Source of the DNA: Macrostomum hystrix
Taxonomy: Eukaryota > Animalia > Platyhelminthes
Length of the DNA stretch: 64,000 nt
Assembly (NCBI GenBank): GCA_950097015.1
Contig: CATNEN010000033.1
Coordinates: forward strand, 4,898,001-4,962,000
Direction of reading: 5' to 3'
The position numbers and the translations under genes were made by a program. The notes below the pieces were generated by a model. It was not told the origin of the DNA. It saw only the letters and a program-made list of their open reading frames with translations, and searched no databases. Of the stretch, positions 11,719 through 26,479 are shown in pieces. How positions within the stretch are numbered: the stretch's first letter is position 1; every line of letters begins with the position of its first letter.

Positions 11719-13142
11719 TTGTTATAATGATGAGAATTGTGGCGGCTATAGAATACTGCGCGAAGCATCGCTATAAATTTGTTTCCGAAGTGAAATAAGC
11801 ATATGAACTGCTCATTTTTATAGTTGTATTCTTACTATTTCCCTTTTAGGACTGTGGGCTCGTTGGCTAATTCTTGTTGTCCATAGTATACTATACGATA
11901 CTTACTTGCTCTTCAAATTTGTTTGACTGAAGCACTGCTTGCGAGTAGAGTGGGTGAATGATGCAGAAGTTGAGGCGAACTGTGCTCAAGGCTTGAGCCC
12001 AATTCTGTCGTTAAACACGCACCAAAGGCTGTGCTGAAAACTGCCAGACAAGAAGCTGTGAGCTTTATTTTCCATTTGCCACTGTTATTTTTCTATCGCC
12101 TTTGCTCGCGAAGCAGCGGGACTGTCGCAGTTAAAATAGACAATAGAGCAGCAGCTGTCTTTTTCTTAATTACTATTGAAATTAGCCACACAGTAGCTCG
12201 ATCTGGATTCGAGTGACCGATGGCTCTCGACTATGAGGGTCTATTCGTGCTCAACTCTTGAGCATGATATCATGAAAGCCTCGCCTTAGGGAGGCATAAG
12301 ATAAAGATGTTGAGTCGTTCTGGGCATCAATTTTTTAGCTCATTTATCTGTTAATTAAATATCTATCAAGTAAAATTAACTCTGTTTCGTCTTCGGTTTA
12401 ATTGACTATACCATGTAAGCAAGCCAATTAAAACCATTTTAACTAGAATACTCAGTAATATCCACTATTGAACCTCATGCATGTAAATGTAATTTCTTAC
12501 TTTAGTAGCTGTACTCGTACAGCTATATAATGTAGACACACTCTGGACTTAAAAATTATGTTTAGGTCTCTTGGTCTCTGCATTTTGAGCCGGCATAGCG
12601 GCATCTTCTAATTGAAGTCAAAAGTGGGAATCATAAAAGGGTTGTTAATAGGATCCAGAGTTCTAGTGTTCTATACCGTTAGCCGATATCGATTTTAAGA
12701 TAGAATTTCCCTTAAAATAACTCACTTCTGTTTTTGACGAGGAAAACTTATTCCTTGATTGCCATTGCATTGTGGACCGGCAAAGGGTTTCCGTCTATGA
12801 GCTAGACTATAACCAGAGGGCTACATCTAGAGTATTTAGTAGTCCTCTGGTTATAATATATGTATTTTTGATCTTCGAATTTCAACATTTATGCTTCATT
12901 TCCTCTTGCTAAGTTAGTAATTTAAAGTCCTAAAGAAGACGCTTCTTCATAAAAACGTTTACAGTTTTTAAAGCCTAACGGCTTTAGAAACGATGTTTTA
13001 GTTATCGCTATCGCGATTCAAAGTGCCATCATCTTAGAAATTAGTTTAGTACTTAGTAGAAGAAAAGCTTTCGACCTTAACTCAACTGTAGCGGCTACAC
13101 TTTTAACTTTTACCTTCTGAAGGATTCGTTTGTATTTTTATC

Positions 13143-16100
13143 ATGGCCTCTCTGCGCAAAATCTCAATGAAAGAAGTTTCTGCCCATAAGTCTTCAGAGA
13201 GCTGTTGGGTTGTGATTAATGACAAAGTTTATGATGTCACTAAGTTTCTTGAAGAGGTTAGTTTTTATGTATTTTTGCTGTTCCTATCCAAAACATGCAT
13301 TTTTATTATAAAATAGCCAGATTGCATGTATTATATCTTATTACATCACCAGACTCAAAGGAAAGTTTTAAAATTAAGATTAATATTTTTTAATTAAAAA
13401 AATTGTAGGCGAACTCTTAGTTTGTGGCATTCAATTATTTTATAAAGTTCCAAAAATATAGCTTAAAAATTAAATTTTTGAAAGAAATACTTTGCTTTTA
13501 AACTCATTGGAATTCTAATAATTACAAAAAGTCTTTTATTTTGGGGTATAAATCAAAACCAAATCAAACCATAAAGATTCAAACAAAAAGTATAACAGTG
13601 AGGTAACCAAGACTATTGATTTTGCAAGTCTTGTTGTTGGTACTTATAAAGCCTAATTTAACCATTTGCTATTTTTTCTTAGAACTAGCTATAAAACTGT
13701 GCACAGCAATGTTGTTAATTAATTAGTTATTTTATTTTTATTAGAAAATTCATACAAATTATTTTAAGTGTTTGGCTACAAATTATGAAATTATTGATTT
13801 AAAAAATAATTATCTTAGGAGAAGATGAAGGAATAAGTGAGGCTTGCAAAAGTATTCAATTGGGGAAGAAAGTAGATTTAGAAACTGGATTACAATGGGC
13901 TTTGGTATGGGAAAATGCTAGGCTATCAAAGATACCAGGTTGAGTAAAAATGTAATCTTTTAAAATATGGTAAACTTAGGAAAATGAGCAGAGCTTGGCT
14001 TGAGCAGAATTATATTTTCTTTGAAAGTTCAAAGTCAGCGAAAGTGTAGGCTATTGTCAAGTGATTTTTTAGATCAGGGCATTGGACAGACTTCTATGTT
14101 GCAAAATCAGCCTTAAAACCGATCCTATAATTATCTTATATTTTGTCAATCTTCTCATAAATGTTTAACACCATATAAATAAGCCTAATCCAGTTGTCCA
14201 GGGATTTCCTCGTTCAGTTTAGTAGTTGATAAAGGCAGCTTTGGCTTGCCCTTCAATTGAATCTGCAGCAAAGGTTAGGGCTAGCTAATGTGACAAGAAC
14301 TGCTCACGTATTATGAGTTCTATTTTTACATAGCTATCGCATTGTGCTCTGTACAGTTCTTCTTTATCTCTTATCTTTCTGCGCTGCTCTACGAGTTCTC
14401 AGCGAAATACTTTCAGTTAGGGGTCATCGTCTCCGCCTGAACCCTATAGTTGCTCACAGATAGTGCCTAAAGAAACACAAGTATACTCAGCAACATTGGG
14501 GGTAGGTAAAGGGTTATCGCGAAGTTCAAAATGGATGATTTAGCACACTCAGTCAAAATGCAGCTAACGAGTAACCAGTATTACTCGTTATCTCCAAAAT
14601 GGTCCGCCACATGACCGATGGTGAACGATGGCGAGCCATAGGCATGCTTGAGGCCGGAATGTCCATCCGAGCAGTAGCCAGGCAATTCGGCAGATCACGT
14701 TCGACGATTCGCAGCCTTCTGCAGAAGTCCAGAGACACTGGCAGTGTCGCGCACGCAAGTCGTGGAGTCCAGCGCCGTCATCTGCGCAGCACAGCAAGGG
14801 CTGATCGGCGACTGCTGCGAATTGTGAGGGGAAACCCCACCTTACCTGCCAGATTGCTTCGACTCATCTGGGGTGAAAGAAGCAGGCGCGGGAACATCTT
14901 GAGCGCCCAAACAATTCGACGGAGAAGTTGGGCGGCTGGGCTGCGCTGCCGGAAGATGCGCAAGCGACCCCGACTGACGCCTGCTCACTGCGCCACACGA
15001 GAGCTGTGGGCGATGCAGCGAATTCACTGGAGGCAGCAGCAATGGCGACGCGTCGTTTTCACTGATGAGAGCCGCTTCCGCCTCTTTCAGGCAGACGGTC
15101 GCGTTCGTGTTTGGCGAGAGCCGCGGCAGGAAATGCTGCAACAGCACGTTCAAGCCACCGACGGACAGTCAGCCTCGGTGCATGTTTGGGCGGGGATCAC
15201 GTTGAACGCCAAGACGGAGCTTGTCTTTCTGGACTCAAATGTAACGGCAGGCGTCTACGCTAATTTACTGCAAATGCATCTTCTGCCTTTTGTCAATGCT
15301 GAATTTGGCGGGGTTCAGAACTGCATTCTCCAGGACGACAACGCCCCGCCGCACCGAGCTGCCGCTGTGGCTCAGCTGAAGGAGCAACTGAACTTGCGAA
15401 CTCTGAGGTGGCCATCGCGATCACCTGACATAAATCCCATTGAGCATGTTTGGGATTTCATGAAACGCACCATCCAGCGTCAAATGCCCCCGCCCCAGAA
15501 TCTTGCGGAGCTACGCCAGGCAATGACCAATGCATGGCAGCAGCTACCTCAGAATTTCTTGCGGCGCCTAATTTTGGGAATGCCACTTTGAGTTTCCGCT
15601 CTGGTTGAGGTTCGTGGTTGCTACACGCGCTATTGACAGTTTTGTATGAGTTCTCACATTAAGTTCGGCTTGTACTAGCAACATTTGTTATTTAATAACA
15701 CACCCCAATTTCCATGCTACTGTCAGGTAGTTTGACTCTCGTTTCTCTGGTTACGGAGTCGGGTGGGTGAGCAGAGTGCATTGCGTCATTCGCGGTTTTT
15801 CACCTCTCTCTCAGGTGCACATTGCGTCATTTGTGGTAGTGAGTTGAGATGAATCGTTTCCCTCGCTCTAGGGTGGCGGTTTTTAATGTTGCTGAGTGTA
15901 TACAAGTACAGGTAGAATAATTCTCACTAGCATACCACACTCACAGTCCCTCCACTGAACATTCAGCTGGTCACTCCCAGTCCCTCCACTGAGCATTCAG
16001 CTGGTCACTCCCAGTCCCTCCACTGAACATTCAGCTGGTCACTCCCAGTCCCTCCACTGAACATTCAGCTGGTCACTCCCAGTCCCTCCACTGAACATTC

Positions 16101-17377
16101 AGCTGGTCACTCCCAGTCCCTCCACTGAACATTCAGCTGGTCACTCACAGTCCCTCCACTGAACATTCAGCTGGTCACTCCCAGTCCCTCCACTGAGCAT
16201 TAAAATCCTGTTTAAATGTTAAATCCTGTTAAGCTTTTAAATGCCACCTCCGATTTGGTCTCCCCAACTCTGCAGCACCCCGGCGGTGAGGAGGTCCTGC
16301 TGGAGCAAGCCGGCGGTTACGCCACCGAGCCATTTGAAGATGTCGGCCATTCCACCGACGCGCGCGAACTGATGGCCAAGTACCTGATCGGCGAGGTGGT
16401 GGAGAAGGAGTCTAAGCCGGGAAAAGCTGGCTCCAGCACCGACAAGAAGACCAGCTCATCGGGGTTGGTGGCCTGTTGCCGTGTCTTTCAGATCCTCATC
16501 CCGTGTCTTTCAGATCCCCATCCCGTGTCTTTGAGATACTCATCCCGTGTCTTTGAGATACTCATCCCGTGTCTTTGATGTCCTCATCCCGTGTCATCCA
16601 GATCCTCATCCCATGTCTTTGAGATACTCATCCCGTGTCTTTGAGATCCTCATCCCGTGTCATCCAGATCCTCATCCCATGTCATTCAGATCCTCATCCC
16701 GTATCATTAAGATCCCTATCTTAATGAGTGTCTTTGAAATCCTTATCTTGTGTCATCCAGATCCTCATCCGGTGTCATTAAGATCCCCATCCCGTGTCAT
16801 TCAGATCCTCATCCCGTGTCATTAAGATCCCAATCCCGTGTCTTTCAGATCCTCATCCCGTGTCGTTGAGATCCTCATCCCGTGTCATTCAGATCCCCAT
16901 CCCATGTCTTTCAGATCCCCATCCCGTGTCTTTGAGATCCTCATCCGTGTCTTTGAGATCCCCATCCCGTGTCTTTGAGATCCTCATCCCGTGTCTTTGA
17001 GATCCTCATCCTTGTCTTTGAGATCCTCATCCTTGTCTTTGAGATCCCCATCCCGTGTCTTTGAGATCCCCATCCCGTGTCTTTGAGATCCTCATCCCGT
17101 GTCGTTGAGATCCTCATCCCGTGTCATTCAGATCCCCATCCCATGTCTTTCAGATCCCCATCCCGTGTCTTTGAGATCCCCATCCCGTGTCTTTGAGATC
17201 CTCATCCCGTGTCTTTGAGATCCTCATCCCGTGTCATTCAGATCCCCATCCCGTGTTGCAAAATATTTCCCCAGCAGAAAGCTACAGACTTAACAATCCC
17301 ACAGGTCCATGACCGGGCTGCTTATTCCCCTCGGCATCGCAGTGGCAGCCTTCGTCATCTATAAACTGTACTTCTGA
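13143..17377 (+). CDS. CYB5: Cytochrome b5, tail-anchored, 124 aa, 3 exons
   Basis: Exons 13143-13256, 16276-16463, 17305-17377 (375 nt). Motifs [18 protein letters not shown]|HPGGEEVL and FEDVGHS (both heme-ligand His). C-terminal [21 protein letters not shown]. Confidence 0.95.
14484..15898 (+). mobile_element. Tc1-family transposon in cytochrome b5 intron 1
   Basis: Termini TACTCAGCAACATT and AATGTTGCTGAGTG (14-bp TIR, 1 mismatch), flanked by TA at 14482-14483 and 15899-15900. Confidence 0.9.
14599..15636 (+). pseudogene. Tc1 DD34E transposase with a premature stop near the C-terminus
   Basis: N-terminal HTH; [17 protein letters not shown] and [12 protein letters not shown] with 34 residues between D and E. 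TGA at 15589-15591 is followed in frame by [14 protein letters not shown], the typical Tc1 tail. Confidence 0.88.
15943..16199. repeat. 34-bp minisatellite (CAGTCCCTCCACTGAACATTCAGCTGGTCACTCC), ~7.5 copies (intronic)
   Basis: Tandem array just upstream of cytochrome b5 exon 2. Confidence 0.93.
16478..17255. repeat. ~22-bp degenerate minisatellite (GATCCTCATCCCGTGTCTTTGA) filling cytochrome b5 intron 2
   Basis: Variant units read directly. Confidence 0.9.
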
Positions 17378-17736
17378 CTGGGAGTTCAATTTTCAATAGT
17401 TGTCTTGTTTGACCGAATTGTAAACCATACCGACTAGACTGTAGGGCTAGACATCAGTTCTTATTTATTTACTTGCTGACCGCTATAGAGTTGCTCTCTG
17501 TCTGACTTCACATCTGAGTTGCTTCCAGTTAGTCCGATTGGTGTGACAGCCTGATAAGGAAATTCCGATCTGATAAGGAAAATATACACACTGAGACAGT
17601 GAACTGGCATGGGCTCTGTGCCTAAAAGCCTGAGTTGAGCCAAAGCTTTGCGGCTTGGCTTGATCTTTTTATTTTTAATTCGCTTTTGCGAGACAATAAG
17701 AGACTGTCTTTGTTGATCTTTTATGCTTTCATTTTC

Positions 17737-17742
17737 AATAAA
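17737..17742 (+). terminator. Candidate AATAAA polyadenylation signal of cytochrome b5
   Basis: AATAAA 360 nt after the stop, followed ~20 nt later by a GT-rich tract. Confidence 0.55.
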
Positions 17743-17763
17743 GCTTTTTCAACGTGTCTTTCG

Positions 17764-19088
<1,325 letters not shown>

Positions 19089-19315
19089 AGTTATTTGAGT
19101 TGCCTAGCTTTCACCTGGCCACACAATGCCAGGCTGGTTCACTGCGCAATACAGCAGTTTTCTCATCTCTGTTTATTTTTAAGTGCTAAAATAATATAAT
19201 TGTATCGAGAAAAGCAGAAGTATTGTTAGAAAGAATAGAAAATTATTGCTACAAATTTCTATGTGCTTTAAAGAAGGCTTGGATCAGCGTCACTTTGATC
19301 AGGCCTGGTGCTCCC

Positions 19316-20220
19316 TCAGTAGCGCACGTAGACTCGAGTGTATTGCACATCCATGCTGAGGATCTTCACTTTCTGAAATCGGAGAACAGTTTTACAATAT
19401 CGGTATGTGTGCTAAATAATGTGGCATCAGAGCCCAGACGGTTTGTGGTATTTTTTTCCTTTTATCTTTTCCTTCTTTTCTTTCTAATACATCTGGAAGA
19501 ATTAGTCAATAGTCCTCTTCTCTGATTGGCCAGGAAGACCTCGTTGCTGATTGGTCAGGAATATTTATTCTCTGATTAGTCAGGTTGATCTCTTCTCTGA
19601 TTGGTCAGGAAGATCAATTTTCCCCTTTGGATTGTATCCCGAATTCCCCAGCGCACCTCGTGCATCTCCCCGTCGTCAGTGATCCATCGCTCCACCAGCA
19701 GGTCGTGCGGCTTGCCCTTCTGAAGCTCCGAGTATCGACCGGTCGCTGCGTCGTAGTTTGGCAGAAGCTGTGAGGAACGAATTTCGTTAATTATTTGTTG
19801 TATTATCGACAGCCGCTTGACCTCTCCAGTTTCAATAATTCTATTATGCTTCATCAAAATTATGCTTCATCAATTCTCCAGTTCTCACCTTGACGTTCCT
19901 GTCGTCCGGTGTGACAGTGTCGAATTCCTGGCCCATCTGAAACCGGTTTTGGCCCTTCTTGAACGCGATCTGCCAGTCTATGGTCCAGGTGGTGTCGTCC
20001 ACCTTCTGATAGTCCAGGTATACGGTTGCCATGGCGCCCGCCTTACGCAGCACGAAACCCACATCTGCAAGTTGATTTGAGTTGATTTGCCATATAAAAA
20101 AGCAGATGCAGTAGAGGACCTTTGTCTCTCCAGCTCTGGTGTTTACTCACCCATTGCCTTCATGAAGTTGTCAAAGTTGTCCGCCTTGATGGACTTCCAC
20201 TTGCCAACGAACTTGTCCAT
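19316..20220 (-). CDS. FABP: Fatty-acid-binding protein (iLBP family), 137 aa, 4 exons
   Basis: Exons 20220-20151, 20064-19889, 19767-19657, 19372-19316, matching the canonical 4-exon FABP layout. Motifs MDKFVGKWKSIKADNFDNFMKAM, GQEFDTVTPDDRNVK and YTRVY. Confidence 0.92.
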
Positions 20221-20317
20221 GACCGACTCGCAATGAGAGACCAAAAGTACTAGAAAGGCTGCGAGAGCACAAATCGAAAAAATCGAAATAGCTGCCACTG
20301 CTACAGTGAAGAGAACA

Positions 20318-20326
20318 CTTTATATA
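20318..20326 (-). promoter_or_regulatory. Candidate TATA box of FABP
   Basis: TATATAAAG on the minus strand ~100 nt upstream of the ATG. Confidence 0.55.
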
Positions 20327-20587
20327 GTATCAGGTGGGGACAAAACTTAGATAAAATAAACTGCTAAAATGTATAGTTAGGGAGAGACATTGCTGCAACT
20401 TGTGAAGATAGCACACGAACTGCTGCGTACTATAGTACGAGTAGATTTAGTTGCTATGCACAACAGTACTAGCCAATGTACACTTGTTGTACACCGGGCA
20501 GGGGGTGAGAAGAACGACTAGATAAAATGTTGGTGAGAGAGATTTGCTTACAATGGCTCAGGTGTGGCTTTTCCAATGCATGCATAT

Positions 20588-21875
20588 CATGCACGCAAGC
20601 TTTCACTGTCACCAGCTTTCACTGTCACCAGCTTTCACTGTCACCAGCTTTCACTGTCACCAGCTTTCACTGTCACCAGCTTTCACTGTCACCAGCTTTC
20701 ACTGTCACCAGCTTTCACTGTCCCAAGCTTTCACTGTCCCAAGCTTTCACTGTCACCAGCTTTCACTGTCACCAGCTTTCACTGTCCCAAGCTTTCACTG
20801 TCACCAGCTTTAACTGTCCCAAGCTTTCACTGTCACCAGCTTTCACTGTCCCAAGCTTTCACTGTCACCAGCTTTCACTGTCCCAAGCTTTCACTGTCAC
20901 CAGCTTTCACTGTCCCAAGCTTTCACTATCACAAGCTTTCACTATCACAAGTTTTTACTATCACAAGTTTTCACTATCACGAGCTTTCACTATCACAAGC
21001 TTTCACTATCACAAGTTTTCACTATCACAAGCTTTCACTATCACAAGCTCTAACTTTCACTATCACAAGCTTTCACTGTCACAAGTTTTCACTATCACAA
21101 GTTTTCACTATCACAAGCTCTAACTTTCACAAGCTCTAACTTTCACAAGCTCTAACTTTCACAAGCTCTAACTTTCACAAGCTCTAACTGTCACAAGCTT
21201 TCACTGTCCCAAGCTTTCACTGTCACCAGCTTTCACTGTCCCAAGCTTTCACTGTCACCAGCTTTCACTATCACAAGCTCTAACTTTCACTATCACAAGC
21301 TTTCACTGTCACAAGCTTTCACTGTCACAAGCTCTAACTGTCACAAGCTTTCACTGTCCCAAGCTTTCACTGTCACCAGCTTTCACTGTCCCAAGCTTTC
21401 ACTGTCACCAGCTTTCACTGTCCCAAGCTTTCACTGTCACCAGCTTTCACTATCACAAGCTCTAACTTTCACTATCACAAGCTTTCACTGTCACAAGCTT
21501 TCACTGTCACAAGCTCTAACTTTCACTATCACAAGCTTTCACTGTCACAAGCTTTCACTGTCACAAGCTCTAACTGTCACAAGCTTTCACTGTCCCAAGC
21601 TTTCACTGTCACCAGCTTTCACTGTCCCAAGCTTTCACTGTCACCAGCTTTCACTGTCCCAAGCTTTCACTGTCACAAGCTTTCACTGTCACAAGCTCTA
21701 ACTGTCACAAGCTTTCACTGTCACAAGCTTTCACTATCACAAGCTTTCACTGTCACAAGCTTTCACTGTCACAAGCTTTCACTGTCACAAGCTCTAACTG
21801 TCACAAGCTTTCACTGTCACAAGCTTTCACTATCACAAGCTTTCACTGTCACAAGCTTTCACTATCACAAGCTCT
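20588..21875. repeat. 16-17-bp minisatellite (AAGCTTTCACTGTCAC)
   Basis: Tandem variant array. Confidence 0.94.
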
Positions 21876-22619
21876 CGCTGCAAATCGATTGTCTTCAGAC
21901 AATTGCAATTGACTTTGGTCGCCAGGTCGCTCTTCTCAATCATGTCCATCCACTTCTCTCTACACTCTCTCATCTCATCTCTGCCTTCTTGTCTTCTTCT
22001 ATTCGACTCCCATTTCAGTTGTCTCCCATTTTCTGATCTAAGAGTTTACAAACACCAAGTTTTTGCTCGATCAACCGAAATCATTAGTCCGACCTTCCTC
22101 TCGGTGTCATGAGTAGCCGAGTATTACTTGAGCTTAGCAACTTTATTATCAGTCACAGCAGCAATGCCGCGTAACTGACTGCAACCAATAGTTACCTGAC
22201 AAGTCTGAACAGCGCTGACTTCAAAGGGGTTATGCTAGCCAAGAAACAGCAATCTTTATCTATATACTACTTAGAGTGAACACTGCAAGAAGTAGTATAC
22301 ACGTATCTAGACTGCGATAATTTCCATAAAGAACCTGTCTCACTCGTAAAATAAGGAAAAATCAATTTTTTTTTTTGGACTACTTGTCAGTAGAGAGCAT
22401 GAACTCATCGAGAATTATATATTTCGCGTATATAATCTACCTAATACTGATAGATCACTGGGTGTGTAATTACTAGAAATTTAATCAATCTGGATATCAT
22501 TGTCTTTATTACTGAGTTTCGCAGATAAAAGTGCTTTCATATGCTATATTAATTAATATTTGCAAACAAAAATGCTGCAAAAAGTTGCACTTTGATTCAG
22601 CAATGCTTGTAAGTGCTCA

Positions 22620-22850
22620 AGGGAGAGTGAGAATGAGGGAGAATGAGATAAAGGAGGGATTGGGCATGAGGGAGAGTGAGATAAAGGAGGGATTGGGAAT
22701 GAGGGAGAGTGAGATAAAGGAGGGATTGGGAATGAGGGAGAGTGAGATAAAGGAGGGATTGGGAATGAGGGAGAGTGAGATAAAGGAGGGATTGGGCATG
22801 AGGGAGAGTGAGAGAAAGGAGGGATTGGGAATGAGGGAGACTGAGATAAA
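22620..22850. repeat. 33-bp purine-rich minisatellite, ~7 copies
   Basis: Unit GAGGGAGAGTGAGATAAAGGAGGGATTGGGAAT. Confidence 0.92.
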
Positions 22851-23234
22851 ATTCGATAAAATTTAAATGCGAAAAAATGAATCGAAAATGGCAGAAGGCA
22901 GTCAATAGGCCAGCCCGGCTCGCACAGGCAAAACTGATACTTGTCTGGCGAGCAGAGGCAACACAGTAGCTGGAACAAGTATTCTAAGGAGATTTGCGTT
23001 GAAAATTTAACACAAAATCGGCCCCATTTCGATACAAACGTTTCGAAACACCCGTTTGGGTTTTTTTCTTCAGTTCTGGGGTCTCATTTTGCAATTGTAG
23101 CTAGGCTGCCCCTTCCAGCAGACGGCTGCAGGCTTTCTGACCGCGCCTTTTGCTACTTTTTTTTACCGATTTTCTTGTCTTATTTTTTCTCCACTGCCTA
23201 TCTCTAAACTGCACTGCCCTACATGGAACTCCGC

Positions 23235-23580
23235 TGCCCTCACCTAAGCTCCGCTGTTCTCACCTAAGCTCCGCTGGCCTCACCTAAGCTCCGCTGTTCT
23301 CACCTAAGCTCCGCTGGCCTCACCTAAGCTCCGCTGGCCTCACCTGAGCTCCGCTGGCCTCACCTGAGCTCCGCTGGCCTCACCTGAGCTCCACTGGCCT
23401 CACCTAAGCTCCGCTGGCCTCACCTAAGCTCCGCTGCACTCACCTGAGCTCCGCTGCACTCACCTGAGCTCCGCTGTACTCACCTGAGCTCCGCTGTACT
23501 CACCTGAGCTCCACTGCACTCACCTGAGCTCCGCTGCACTCACCTGAGCTCCGCTGTACTCACCTGAGCTCCGCTGCACT
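23235..23580. repeat. 20-bp minisatellite (CTCACCTRAGCTCCGCTGNN), ~17 copies
   Basis: Tandem array. Confidence 0.92.
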
Positions 23581-24509
23581 CTGCTGCCCTTACCTGCCCT
23601 CCTCTCAGACTTTAAGCTATCGCTAGTTGTATCTTCTAATTGGAAAAGTGTGCCTTCGCTCGTGTCACCCTCGTCAATGCGGGAAATTGTTTGCCGTGGT
23701 AGAAACTGATGCTTGGATTAACACTCGCGTCCTGACTTCCGTGAGAATTCGAGACAGGGGCAGTGATTGCACTGCGGTCCCTGCGAGTGTCCAAGCCGCA
23801 TGGCCTCTCTCTCTGCCTCCTTCCTTTGTCTGCGCTGCACTCTCTTCCTCGCCTGAGCACATTGCGAGAGCTCACTCAGCCCAGCTACAAAGCAGCAGCG
23901 AAATCCCCTCAGATTCACTCTCCCTCTTTCATCATCTCCTCTTCCTCTCTTTTCTCTTCTGACTATTTCCCGCCTGTAATCTTTCGCTTTTGCTCGACAA
24001 AACCCAAGCACACGCCAGTGCTGCGGTCCTTTGCGCCCTTCTGCTGCGGCAGCTTGAGCTCTGCTTTTAGCTCGCCCGGACTCTGAATCCCTATTATCAG
24101 TGCTAGGCTGAGGTGGGTGCTCAATCCCAGCTGCCTTGCGAGCGTGGCGTGTGAAATCGGACCCCTGCGCAGAAGGCAGCTCAGCAGTCGGTTGTTGAGC
24201 ACGGCAGAACAGCGACCATCGCTTAGATGCAGCCTCCTGTGCTTATTAGTACCGACGAAAAGTACTTTTAGTTTACACTGCAAGTAGACTGCTGCTGCTG
24301 GCATGCTAAATAACATTTGGCACACTTCGCAATGATCCAAGGATGAACAGATCTGCAAATTACTTTGTGAGAAAGTCATCACCTTAAGTTAACCTCGACA
24401 ATTCAAAAAGCAATTGACCCATTCCAGAATTGTCTCACCGATTCTGGAATGATCTGACCCATTTTAGAATGGCCTGACAAATTTTAAAATGATTTGACCC
24501 ATTTTAGAA

Positions 24510-25570
24510 TAACCTTACCAGTTCTAGAATGGCATTACCAGTTCTAGAATGGCATTACCAGTTCTAGAACGGCATTACCAGTTCTAGAATGGCATTATCA
24601 GTTCTAGAATGGCATTATCAGTTCCAGAATGGCATTACCAGTTCTAGAATGGCATTACCAGTTCTAGAATGGCATTACCAGTTCTAGAATGGCATTACCA
24701 GTTCTAGAATGGCATTACCAGTTTTAGAATGGCCTTACCAGTTCTAGAATGGCCTTACCAGTTCTAGAATGGCATTACCAGTTCTAGAATGGCATTACCA
24801 GTTCCAGAATGGCATTACCAGTTCTAGAATGGCATTATCAGTTCCAGAATGGCATTACCAGTTCCAGAATGGCATTACCAGTTCTAGAATGGCATTACCA
24901 GTTCTAGAATGGCATTACCAGTTCTAGAATGGCATTACCAGTTCTAGAATGGCCTTACCAGTTCTAGAATAACCTTACCAGTTCTAGAATGGCATTACCA
25001 GTTCTAGAATGGCATTACCAGTTCTAGAATGGCCTTACCAGTTCTAGAATGGCATTACCAGTTCTAGAATGGCATTACCAGTTCTAGAATGGCATTACCA
25101 GTTCTAGAATGGCATTACCAGTTCTAGAATAGCATTATCAGTTCTAGAATGGCATTACCAGTTCTAGAATGGCATTACCAGTTCTAGAATGGCATTACCA
25201 GTTCTATAATGGCATTACCAGTTCTAGAATGGCATTACCTGTTCTAGAATGGCATTACCTGTTCTAGAATGGCATTACCAGTTCTAGAATAGCATTATCA
25301 GTTCTAGAATGGCATTACCAGTTCTAGAATGGCATTACCAGTTCTAGAATGGCATTACCAGTTCTAGAATGGCATTACCAGTTCTAGAATGGCATTACCA
25401 GTTCTAGAATGGCATTACCAGTTCTATAATGGCATTACCAGTTCTAGAATGGCATTACCAGTTCTAGAATGGCATTACCAGTTCTAGAATGGCAATACCA
25501 GTTCTAAAATGGCATTATCAGTTCTAGAATGGCATTATCAGTTCTAGAATGGCCTAACCCGTTCTAGAAC
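24510..25570. repeat. 20-bp minisatellite (GTTCTAGAATGGCATTACCA), ~53 copies
   Basis: Tandem array preceded by degenerate units from ~24415. Confidence 0.95.
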
Positions 25571-26479
25571 AGCCTTACTAATTATATTAATACCTAAATA
25601 CCTAAACTATTAACCTGACAATAAACTAACTCACTCCAAAATCTCACTAAATCAATACTAATGTATGCCAAGTGTAGAATAATTTGCTAGATGCTAGTAC
25701 ACATGCCGGCCAGTCATGTTTCCATTGTGACAGTCATGCCCTTTAGCTCGAACAGCTGTGGGAACAGACAATATTGGAGATTTGAGTTATTATTAACGTT
25801 TGCGCAGAATAAACATGAAACTGCGCAGTCACTACATCTTTTATGATTTGCACAGCGCACACCTGTACAGTGTGCTCCGAACACAATGGTACAGCCCACA
25901 CCGGCCATAGGGCACTGACTCACTGCATAGGCTAAGGCTTGCTTTTCAAAAAATCAAAATCGAAAGTTTATATAGAGAAGAAAATTTATTCTGGTGTCTT
26001 CTGCGCAGCCAGGAAAGCCAGCCGAACCTTACCCCAGACACAGCAAGCTGGTCCATTGCGGCTGTGTGACTCACTCACTGGGGACTCATTGTTTACATGT
26101 ACCGTCAGCATTGGGAATTCAGTCTGGGCCAGTGCTGTAAGCCACGCATGTGACTGGCCAATTTTCCCTTGTAGACGCACAGCATATTTTCAGCATCGTA
26201 TTAACGGCAGCCATCAAACTATAGCTGATCAGCTGCTTATGATTGCCTTTCTATCGAACCCGGATCGATAAAAATATGTCAATCATTCACCCTGCCGATG
26301 GGGTCTGACGGGCCATTTGGGGGCTTGTCAAAACCAGCTTTTTGGTAGCTAGGGGAAGGGATCGAGCTACCAGTTTATACACCTGCAAAAATGAAAGACA
26401 CCCAGCTTTGATTTTAGTCAGAAATTATGCTATTTGGCTGACAGGTTTGTGAGTCACTGGGGTTGTGGGCAAGCAACAC

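Noticed and set aside
12185-12345. Several short hairpins followed by AATTTTTTAG (Sm-site-like), possible snRNA or SL RNA
   Set aside because: No match to U1, U2, U4 or U5 hallmarks or a recognisable SL exon plus donor, and no 3' stem after the site.
21870-22040. Possible minus-strand exon (..EKWMDMIEKSDLATK..)
   Set aside because: Purine-rich low-complexity sequence, with no partner exons or recognisable domain.
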